64,000 nt of DNA from the IMG/VR virus record IMGVR_UViG_3300002835_000006. One strand, 5' to 3'. Origin of the DNA: a virus (lineage: Duplodnaviria; Caudoviricetes). Both the position numbers and the translations under genes were made by a program. Numbering within the stretch: the stretch's first letter is position 1; each line of letters begins with the position of its first letter. This document shows positions 38,782 to 45,470 of this stretch, in pieces. The notes beneath the pieces were generated by a model, which was given only the letters and a program-made list of their open reading frames with translations, made no database searches and was not told where the DNA came from.

Positions 38782-38865
38782 TTAATACTTGTTTATGGTT
38801 CGGAATTTAATTCGATTTCCAATCACCATGTTCTCATAAATGTTGTCGTTTTCCAAAAGACACAT
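38782..38865 (-). CDS. Putative 27-aa leader peptide MCLLENDNIYENMVIGNRIKFRTINKY
   Basis: Hand-translated; TATTTATA upstream, terminator 15 nt downstream. Confidence 0.4.
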   Translation of the reverse strand: MCLLENDNIYENMVIGNRIKFRTINKY

Positions 38866-38925
38866 CGTTTAATTCATTTATATAAATAAATATCAAATTT
38901 TGTTATATTTATAAATAAATTTTTT

Positions 38926-39675
38926 ATGAGATTTCTAAATTATTTCCAAGATTATATCACAGAGGCAAGATACTATTCCGATGAGAAATTTAATTGGGTT
39001 GCATCTAATATGGGTAGTTGGATTTTGGATAGTACAATAGATAATCCTGTAAAAATTCAGTCATTACCAATGCTTCAGGAATTTCAAAGTTGGTTGTCGA
39101 CAAATACTACAAAGGCCACAAAATCAAGTGATGATTTAGTTTTAGCCACAGACTATATTGATAGTTTCTTGAATAGTTTGAGTCCAAGAGATGCTCAAAA
39201 TTTTATCAAAACTGCAATGGAAAGATTTCCTATTGTAAAAACCAAAATTGCAAATTATCTAAAAGATGAAATACAAGATAATATTGGTAAAAAAAGAGGT
39301 AGGCCACTAGGTTCAAAGAACAAGCCAAAAATTGACTTAAACGACCCGAGTATAAAGGTTATAAGAAGACTTAAACCCGCACCTCAGGAACCTGTACAAG
39401 ACATTAGTAAAGATTTACCACCCGTAACTCCTCCATCAGTGATTGACCAACCTGAAGTTGAAATCTCAACTCCAAGAAGAGGAAGACCTAAAGTTTTCTC
39501 AGATGAAACAAGCGCAATTGATAGAGCTCGTTTCAAACAAGAAGGTAAAGATTATTGGGAATATCTCGAAGCAAAGAAAAAAATTGTTGATAATAAAATC
39601 AAAGTATTCAACCAACAATTAGTAAAACTTCAATCAAATATTGACAAAAGAAAGAAGTTTTGGGAGATAGAGTAA
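38926..39675 (+). CDS. AT-hook-containing putative DNA-binding protein
   Basis: KKRGRPLGSKNKPK and PRRGRPK motifs. Confidence 0.7.
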   Translation: MRFLNYFQDYITEARYYSDEKFNWVASNMGSWILDSTIDNPVKIQSLPMLQEFQSWLSTNTTKATKSSDDLVLATDYIDSFLNSLSPRDAQNFIKTAMERFPIVKTKIANYLKDEIQDNIGKKRGRPLGSKNKPKIDLNDPSIKVIRRLKPAPQEPVQDISKDLPPVTPPSVIDQPEVEISTPRRGRPKVFSDETSAIDRARFKQEGKDYWEYLEAKKKIVDNKIKVFNQQLVKLQSNIDKRKKFWEIE

Positions 39676-39733
39676 TCAAATTTTTCTGATAATTTTAATT
39701 TTTAATTTTTTTTATTATAATTTTGTGAGACTT

Positions 39734-39810
<77 letters not shown>

Positions 39811-39811
39811 C

Positions 39812-39883
39812 GTCTTCTTAGCTCAGTGGTAGAGCATCTCGCTGTTAACGAGAGGGTCCATGGTTCGAGACCATGAGAGGACG
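39812..39883 (+). tRNA. trnN: tRNA-Asn(GUU)
   Basis: TCTCG-CTGTTAA-CGAGA; complete cloverleaf. Confidence 0.92.
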
Positions 39884-39898
39884 CAAAGGGGATAAAAC

Positions 39899-39938
39899 GT
39901 GCAGTGGCCTCAGGGGTTCTAGACCCCACTGCACTCCA
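39899..39938 (+). ncRNA. tRNA-like minihelix (acceptor stem + T-arm + CCA) or deletion relic
   Basis: GTGCAGT/ACTGCAC 7 bp, GGGG-TTCTAGA-CCCC, T, CCA; abuts tRNA-Gly. Confidence 0.55.
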
Positions 39939-40011
39939 GCGGAAGTAGCTCATTCGGTAGAGCACGACCTTGCCAAGGTCGGGGTGGCCAGTTCGAGCCT
40001 GGTCTTCCGCT
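39939..40011 (+). tRNA. trnG: tRNA-Gly(GCC)
   Basis: CGACC-TTGCCAA-GGTCG; GCGGAAG/CTTCCGC, U73. Confidence 0.94.
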
Positions 40012-40017
40012 CAACAA

Positions 40018-40090
40018 GCCCGAGTAGCTCAGCAGGTAGAGCAACTGATTTGTAATCAGTAGGTCGCAGGTTCGATTCCTGTCTCTGGCT
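40018..40090 (+). tRNA. trnT: tRNA-Thr(UGU)
   Basis: ACTGA-TTTGTAA-TCAGT; one C.U mismatch in the acceptor stem. Confidence 0.92.
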
Positions 40091-40104
40091 CAAAATTTCT
40101 TGAA

Positions 40105-40458
40105 ATGGCACATCCCAACTTACATGCCAAATCTTCCGCAAAAAAATTTGGTGGTAAACCCGAAGATTACATACATCTACACGAGTGGTTAGATGAAACA
40201 AAAGGTTGGTTTGGTGATTCTCTCCACAGAATGTTCAGACATCATTCTGAAGGAATTTTTGAGATGGAACAACGTTTCGGAACTGAATTCAAGAACAGTG
40301 ATGGTAAAACTGTGTATACAAGGTATGTCGGTGAACAACATGTGAAAGAAGATTGTAATAACTACATACCTTCAGCTAAAGAATGGGTGAATAATCTGAG
40401 TGAAAATAAAAGACCGATTTGGATGATGAAAACTGTAAAACTTGAATTTGAAGATTGA
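40105..40458 (+). CDS. DUF6915-like protein
   Basis: MAHP..HA.SS.KKFGG..EDY..LHEWLDETK......HR..RHHSEGIF..E..FG...R.VGEQHV.ED. Confidence 0.65.
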   Translation: MAHPNLHAKSSAKKFGGKPEDYIHLHEWLDETKGWFGDSLHRMFRHHSEGIFEMEQRFGTEFKNSDGKTVYTRYVGEQHVKEDCNNYIPSAKEWVNNLSENKRPIWMMKTVKLEFED

Positions 40459-41033
40459 ATTATTCTCACAAAAATAAAATCTTATGGTTCACACCGATTC
40501 GTACTGCTTCACGAGCTTGTGTCCCAATTATGGAATATTTTAATTTTGATAGTACAAAATATCACGATGAAAATTTTCCAAAAGACTCGGATGACTATGT
40601 TTTAATAACCAACGTTCACAACCCATATAAAAGATTGGTGTCCATTTTTAAAATGTTTGAGGAACAAAAAAATTTATCAAACGTTTCCTTTCATGATTGG
40701 ATTCATACAAATTTGAAAAATTTAAATAAACACAATCAAAACCCACATCAATTATGGATTTCTAAATTTATCTTATCATTCAAAAAAAAACCTGATTATA
40801 TTGTAAGAGTAGAAAATATTGAAGAAGATTTATTGAAAATAAAATTTATTCAGGAAAATATGAGTAAGGAATTAAAAAAAATATTTTCTGAGAATATAAA
40901 AACAAATCAATACAGAGAAGATAATTTTGATTATTGGAAAAAAGAATACGATGAAAGTCTATCAAATTACATTTTTGATAATTTTAGAAATGATTTTGAA
41001 TTATTTGGATATGATAAGAATTCTTGGAAATAA
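40455..41033 (+). CDS. Sulfotransferase-family-like protein
   Basis: WFTPIRTASRA (PAPS-loop-like), VHNPYKRLVS, DYIVRVENIEEDL, F..DFELFGY. Confidence 0.65.
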   Translation: MNYSHKNKILWFTPIRTASRACVPIMEYFNFDSTKYHDENFPKDSDDYVLITNVHNPYKRLVSIFKMFEEQKNLSNVSFHDWIHTNLKNLNKHNQNPHQLWISKFILSFKKKPDYIVRVENIEEDLLKIKFIQENMSKELKKIFSENIKTNQYREDNFDYWKKEYDESLSNYIFDNFRNDFELFGYDKNSWK

Positions 41034-41051
41034 TCCAACATATTTATTTTT

Positions 41052-41768
41052 ATGAAAATAGAACAATCTTTACCCACAGTACTATCTCCCGAAGAAAAAA
41101 AATATCTTCGAAGTTATACAAGATACTTGAAAGCCTCAGGTATGAGTGAAGGACTTCTTGAGATTGAATTTGATGATTATGTAATTGATGATATTCATTG
41201 GGAGGAGTTCACCTCTTTTTCTAATAACTACAGAGTAGATATTACTGAAGAGTTACAACAAATCTTTGAAAAAATTTTTGATTTTATACAATCCAAAAAT
41301 CTTATTGAAGAACCTTATGAGGAATTAAATTATAGAAGACTTGAGATTGAAATAGATTGTAGAAATTCAACGATTACTATATCTGATTTTTATACCTACT
41401 ATGAAACTTCAGAAACCGAAGGTGTTTCTTACGAAGATGATGAACAACTAGACGAACTCTTTGATTCTATTTCAAAGGTTTTTGATGATAATGGCGTCAA
41501 AGATAAAGAATTCACTCTTGATTACAATGGTAGTGGTGACAGTGGTTATATAGAGGATAATTTCAGTAATAATATTCGTGTTCCAGACAAGGTCGAAGAT
41601 TGGTGTTATCGTCAGTTAGAAAATCATTTTGGAGGTTGGGAAATAAATGAAGGTTCTCAGGGTCAGTTTATCTTTGATTCCGATACAAAAACTATAGAGT
41701 TACTTCACACCGCAAATGTTGAAGAGCAAATCAATAAAACAATTTTCGAAGAAAAATTTTCTGAATAA
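41052..41768 (+). CDS. DUF6878-like protein
   Basis: LDYNGSGDSGYI...GGWEINEGSQG.F.F motif. Confidence 0.55.
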   Translation: MKIEQSLPTVLSPEEKKYLRSYTRYLKASGMSEGLLEIEFDDYVIDDIHWEEFTSFSNNYRVDITEELQQIFEKIFDFIQSKNLIEEPYEELNYRRLEIEIDCRNSTITISDFYTYYETSETEGVSYEDDEQLDELFDSISKVFDDNGVKDKEFTLDYNGSGDSGYIEDNFSNNIRVPDKVEDWCYRQLENHFGGWEINEGSQGQFIFDSDTKTIELLHTANVEEQINKTIFEEKFSE

Positions 41769-41793
41769 AATTTTTTTATTATTTTTGTCTAAT

Positions 41794-41879
41794 ACCTCGG
41801 TGTTGAAATAGGTAGACAAGAGAGACTTAAAATCTCTTGGACAGTAATGTCCGTGCCGGTTCGACTCCGGCCCGAGGTA
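41794..41879 (+). tRNA. trnL: tRNA-Leu(UAA)
   Basis: AGAGA-CTTAAAA-TCTCT; long variable arm. Confidence 0.92.
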
Positions 41880-41882
41880 CAC

Positions 41883-41914
41883 TTGACACTTTCAATATTT
41901 TGAATATATTTATA
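41883..41914 (+). promoter_or_regulatory. Promoter TTGACA-N16-TATATTTATA
   Basis: Same architecture at 45162-45194 (N17). Confidence 0.6.
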
Positions 41915-41919
41915 ACTGA

Positions 41920-42006
41920 ATGAAAACAATGAACTTCCATATAGAGTTTAGTAGTCAACAAGAGATTTGTTGGAAAACTCCTATGCGTAGTTCGGTAAAC
42001 ATGTAA
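41920..42006 (+). CDS. Putative 28-aa leader peptide MKTMNFHIEFSSQQEICWKTPMRSSVNM
   Basis: Hand-translated; lies between the promoter and a terminator. Confidence 0.45.
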   Translation: MKTMNFHIEFSSQQEICWKTPMRSSVNM

Positions 42007-42028
42007 ACTCCTGAAGAGTTATATATAC

Positions 42029-42068
42029 AACCTCGGACTACGTAAGTGGTTCGGGGTTTTTTGTTTTT
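42029..42068 (+). terminator. Terminator/attenuator hairpin with GUAA tetraloop
   Basis: AACCTCGGACTAC-GTAA-GTGGTTCGGGGTT, 13 bp including G.U pairs, then TTTTGTTTTT. Confidence 0.75.
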
Positions 42069-42118
42069 AGGAAGTTTATTTGGTTCTTTGAAATATTGGT
42101 TGTAAATTTGTAGTTCTT

Positions 42119-42190
42119 GGCCCCGTCGTCTAATGGTTAGGACGCCACCCTTTCACGGTGGAGATTTCGGTTCGACTCCGTGCGGGGCTA
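42119..42190 (+). tRNA. trnE: tRNA-Glu(UUC)
   Basis: CCACC-CTTTCAC-GGTGG. Confidence 0.9.
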
Positions 42191-42217
42191 CAAAATCTTA
42201 AATTTTAGCAATAATTC

Positions 42218-42290
42218 GGTAATCAAGCTAACTTAGTAGAAGCGTAGGACTGAAAATCCTGAGGAGTTGGAGCGTAACCAACGATTACCA
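42218..42290 (+). tRNA. trnF: tRNA-Phe(GAA), non-canonical T-loop
   Basis: GGTAATC/GATTACC; TAGGA-CTGAAAA-TCCTG; T-arm GTTGG-AGCGTAA-CCAAC. Confidence 0.75.
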
Positions 42291-42306
42291 CAAAAAAACA
42301 AATATT

Positions 42307-43116
42307 ATGAAAAAAACATGTTTAGTGATTTATGTCGGAAATGGATATTCCGAATTTGAACTTTCTCATGATGGTGCATACACCTATTCCACGGATATGA
42401 AAGAAAACTATGAAAATCATCAGGAGAATATTTTCAATCCACTAAGAGAACAAGGTTATGATGTGGAGTTTGCATTATTGACTAACAAACACGATAAGTA
42501 TGCCGAATATTTTCGTTTCTACAATGCCATTTTCTTGGATTACGATGAGGTTAGTCTACATGATGAGGAGGTAATGAAGAATTATTATTTTTGGAGATAC
42601 AATGTTCCTCCAGGTAACTTTCGTAGTGGAGGGAGATTTAAGAAATTGAAAAATAAAATTCCCGAATATGATATCTATGCAATCATCAGAACTGACACCT
42701 TTTTCCTCAAGAGTCTCAATGACCTGACTGTAGACTATGATAAAATGAATTGGTTATGGCCTGAGACAGATTGGCAAATGTTTACTGAATTTAAGGAAGC
42801 ATACCTAAGTGATGGTAAGACAGAATTTTGGCCTTGGCAAAAACATAATCGTGTAAACGGTAATGTTTTCAACATCGTACCAAAAAAGTTTTTCCGTATG
42901 TTTACAAATTATATCTGGATGGAACATGCAGCACTCTACGCGATGTTGAATGAGTTATCACCATTGGTGACCTTAGATGATGTCAACATGATGTTAGGAA
43001 TGGACAAATGTTATTGCACAGATATCAGATATTGTCAAAACCCTGTATATACGTTCAACAAAAAAATCATCAAGAATAGGTCTGATGCAAAACTCGAACA
43101 TTTTGGTAAAAAATAA
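42307..43116 (+). CDS. Hypothetical protein, possibly glycosyltransferase-like
   Basis: 269 aa; YDIYAIIRTDTFF resembles motifs of GT-like phage proteins. Confidence 0.55.
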   Translation: MKKTCLVIYVGNGYSEFELSHDGAYTYSTDMKENYENHQENIFNPLREQGYDVEFALLTNKHDKYAEYFRFYNAIFLDYDEVSLHDEEVMKNYYFWRYNVPPGNFRSGGRFKKLKNKIPEYDIYAIIRTDTFFLKSLNDLTVDYDKMNWLWPETDWQMFTEFKEAYLSDGKTEFWPWQKHNRVNGNVFNIVPKKFFRMFTNYIWMEHAALYAMLNELSPLVTLDDVNMMLGMDKCYCTDIRYCQNPVYTFNKKIIKNRSDAKLEHFGKK

Positions 43117-43121
43117 AATAT

Positions 43122-43193
43122 GGTCGGTTGGCCGAGTGGCTTAGGTGGAAGTCTGCAAAACTTTCTACACAGGTTCGAATCCTGTACCGACCT
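43122..43193 (+). tRNA. trnC: tRNA-Cys(GCA)
   Basis: GAAGT-CTGCAAA-ACTTT; U73. Confidence 0.92.
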
Positions 43194-43199
43194 CGAAAT

Positions 43200-43272
43200 T
43201 GGAATATAGCTCAGTTGGTAGAGTACTACTCTGATACGGTAGTTGTCGGCGGTTCGAGCCCGCCTATTCCAA
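43200..43272 (+). tRNA. trnI: tRNA-Ile(GAU)
   Basis: CTACT-CTGATAC-GGTAG; TGGAATA/TATTCCA. Confidence 0.9.
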
Positions 43273-43285
43273 CAACAATTTTGTT

Positions 43286-43816
43286 ATGAGACGAAAAATC
43301 ATTTTTATTGATGTTGATGGACCCTTGGCTTGGGGAACGTGGGATTTAGGACCTCAAAATTTCAATATCGAATGTGCTAATTCTCGCAAATTCCAAATTC
43401 CTTATCCTTGGGTACGGGAAGATTGTGAGGCATTACAGGAAATTTGTGAGCGAACAAATGCCGATTTAGTCGTCAGTTCAGATTGGAAACAATTCTATTC
43501 TATACGACAACTTAAAGACATTTTTGTCTCATACGGTGTATATGCACCTGTAATCGACCTAACAACTCATCTAAATTTGACTAACAAAATGAGTCCTCAA
43601 CCAGAGAAAGAAAGAGCACTTCAAATTGCTCAATGGGTCAAAGTCAATAAAGTTTCAAATTGGATTGCAATTGACGATATGAATTTATCCAAAGAGTTCA
43701 AATACCTGAAACCAAGAATACCTATGTGGAGACACGTACAGGTCGATGGGGATTGGGGTCACGGTGGCAGACTAAGAGATAAAGTTGAAGAATGTATCAA
43801 AAAGTTGGAAAAATAA
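43286..43816 (+). CDS. HAD-superfamily hydrolase (Swiss-Army-Knife RNA-repair-type HAD)
   Basis: IIFIDVDGPL, LVVSSDWK, NWIAIDD. Confidence 0.8.
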   Translation: MRRKIIFIDVDGPLAWGTWDLGPQNFNIECANSRKFQIPYPWVREDCEALQEICERTNADLVVSSDWKQFYSIRQLKDIFVSYGVYAPVIDLTTHLNLTNKMSPQPEKERALQIAQWVKVNKVSNWIAIDDMNLSKEFKYLKPRIPMWRHVQVDGDWGHGGRLRDKVEECIKKLEK

Positions 43817-43831
43817 TCATATCTTTGTTTT

Positions 43832-44380
43832 ATGAAAATCAATAGAGCGGATTTGTTATGGTTCTTGAGTAACATCCGTAGAAGACATGAAGGAAAAGAA
43901 TTGACTGATGAGAAGTTGGTTGATGAATTTGCCCACTACATGGAGGCGAACCCCCGTTGTATTGATGTGAATGGTGTTAGTAAAAGAGGGAGGTTCAGTT
44001 ATTCAACTGTTGGATACGGTGTATTCAGTTTGATGGGTGAAAAGTATAGAATGGGTAGAATTGAGGTTTTCGATAGAGAAGATGAAAGTGGGTATCAAGT
44101 TCATGAGGGAATCTACACTATGCCATTCGAAGTTGTAACTCAATTTGAGGATTTTATCGAATCGATTGAAACTGATTTACCAATCAACATTGAGATTGGT
44201 TCTCATAAATGGTGTGAAGAGGAGTGTGCAAAATCTTTAGGTTTTGAAAACTCCGAAGCAATGAGAGACCCTGAGAACGTGAAAAAGTATCAAAGGATGA
44301 AAAACGATGAATATGCACGTGAACAGGGTTATGAAGATTGGGAAGATTTGTTGAACAAAAGTAAATGGACTAAAAAATAG
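43832..44380 (+). CDS. Hypothetical protein
   Basis: 182 aa; TATCTTTG upstream. Confidence 0.7.
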   Translation: MKINRADLLWFLSNIRRRHEGKELTDEKLVDEFAHYMEANPRCIDVNGVSKRGRFSYSTVGYGVFSLMGEKYRMGRIEVFDREDESGYQVHEGIYTMPFEVVTQFEDFIESIETDLPINIEIGSHKWCEEECAKSLGFENSEAMRDPENVKKYQRMKNDEYAREQGYEDWEDLLNKSKWTKK

Positions 44381-44384
44381 TCAC

Positions 44385-44457
44385 GCGTGCGTAGCTCAAT
44401 TGGTAGAGTACTAGTCTCCAAAACTAGGTGTTTCAGGTTCGAGTCCTGACGTGCGTG
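44385..44457 (+). tRNA. trnW: tRNA-Trp(CCA)
   Basis: CTAGT-CTCCAAA-ACTAG; acceptor stem with three G.U pairs. Confidence 0.9.
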
Positions 44458-44462
44458 CACAA

Positions 44463-44588
44463 ATAGGTTGATTGGGGAAGGAATATACGTTAACCTGATG
44501 ATGGAGGTGGTATATTCGGAGTTGGAATCATCATAGTAATGCCAATCGTAAAAGGAGTTGTCCACGCGACCATCTTCTCCTTTCCTAT
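44463..44588 (+). ncRNA. Structured, pseudoknotted ncRNA candidate of unknown class
   Basis: Five Watson-Crick helices of 5-8 bp fill the tRNA-Trp/tRNA-CAT spacer; two of them cross. Confidence 0.65.
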
Positions 44589-44590
44589 AC

Positions 44591-44665
44591 GGACCCTTAG
44601 CTCAGTTGGTTAGCAGCGGCGCGCTCATAACGCGAAGGTCGTAGGTTCAAGTCCTACAGGGTCCA
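44591..44665 (+). tRNA. tRNA(CAU), probably Ile2 (lysidine) or elongator Met
   Basis: CGCG-CTCATAA-CGCG; G1-C72 rules out an initiator; overall similar to bacterial Ile2. Confidence 0.85.
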
Positions 44666-44670
44666 CAAAC

Positions 44671-44741
44671 TGTCGTATGGTGTAACGGTAACACAACAGA
44701 TTTTGATTCTGTTTTTCAAGGTTCGAATCCTTGTGCGACAT
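44671..44741 (+). tRNA. trnQ: tRNA-Gln(UUG)
   Basis: ACAGA-TTTTGAT-TCTGT; U1-A72. Confidence 0.88.
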
Positions 44742-44746
44742 CACAC

Positions 44747-44820
44747 GGTGGACGTAGCTCAGTTGGAAGAGCCCTAGCTTGTGGCGCTAGTTGTCGTGGG
44801 TTCGAACCCCACCGTTCACA
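44747..44820 (+). tRNA. trnH: tRNA-His(GUG) with genomic G-1 and A73
   Basis: CTAGC-TTGTGGC-GCTAG; GTGGACG/CGTTCAC. Confidence 0.88.
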
Positions 44821-44835
44821 CAAATATTTAATGTT

Positions 44836-45126
44836 ATGAATGAAATTGGATTGATAGGTAGTTTGTTATTAACATTCTGTGGTTTACCAGAACTCCTTAG
44901 AACCCTCAAGAATCGAAGATGTGACATTGGTTGGGGTTTTCTCCTTATGTGGTTTTTCGGGGAAATATTCTGTCTATTTTACGGTTTAGATTTGAATGAG
45001 GTTCCATTGTTGATAAATTATTCTTTCAATCTGATAATTGTAGGTACAATGTTATATTTCAAAGTCAGAGGAGAGTTGCCTGAGTGGTTAAAGGAGCAGT
45101 TTGCTAAACTGTGGTCGAGTAATTGA
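44836..45126 (+). CDS. PQ-loop/SemiSWEET-like membrane protein
   Basis: GLIGSLLLTFCGLPEL.RT.K...DI.WGFL.MW..G...LFYG...PLLINY; three TM helices. Confidence 0.75.
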   Translation: MNEIGLIGSLLLTFCGLPELLRTLKNRRCDIGWGFLLMWFFGEIFCLFYGLDLNEVPLLINYSFNLIIVGTMLYFKVRGELPEWLKEQFAKLWSSN

Positions 45127-45154
45127 CCCATTGGTTCGAATCCAATACTCTCCG
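45070..45154 (+). tRNA. trnS: tRNA-Ser(GCU)
   Basis: GCAGT-TTGCTAA-ACTGT; long variable arm; G73. Confidence 0.92.
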
Positions 45155-45236
45155 CAATAACTTGACAGTTTCTAAAGACTTTCATATATTTATAATCTCA
45201 AACGTTATAATAAACATTAACTAAAAAAAAACAAAA

Positions 45237-45425
45237 ATGAAAAAAATTTTTGCAATTGTATCACTTGTGGTTTTGTCTGCATGTGGTGGAAACGGAGCAT
45301 CAACTGAAGTAACAACAACTGATTCTTCAACTGTTGTAGTAGATTCAACTAAAGTAGATTCTACAGCCGTTCCTGTGGAACCAACAAAAGTTGATGAAGC
45401 TCCAAAAGTAGAAGAAGTTAAATAA
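45237..45425 (+). CDS. Small lipoprotein
   Basis: MKKIFAIVSLVVLSA-CGG lipobox; Thr/Ser/Asp-rich linker. Confidence 0.8.
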   Translation: MKKIFAIVSLVVLSACGGNGASTEVTTTDSSTVVVDSTKVDSTAVPVEPTKVDEAPKVEEVK

Positions 45426-45442
45426 TAAAATTTCTTCCAAAT

Positions 45443-45470
45443 AAAAAAACCCACGTTTGTGGGTTTTTTT
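45443..45470. terminator. Bidirectional terminator
   Basis: AAAAAAACCCAC-GTTT-GTGGGTTTTTTT. Confidence 0.8.

Noticed and set aside
44463-44588. Assignment of the spacer RNA as a theta/HDV-like or hammerhead ribozyme
   Set aside because: Only 7 nt where P3-L3 would be, no catalytic-C J4/2, not flush with a tRNA 3' end, and CTGATGA has no GAAA partner; kept as unclassified
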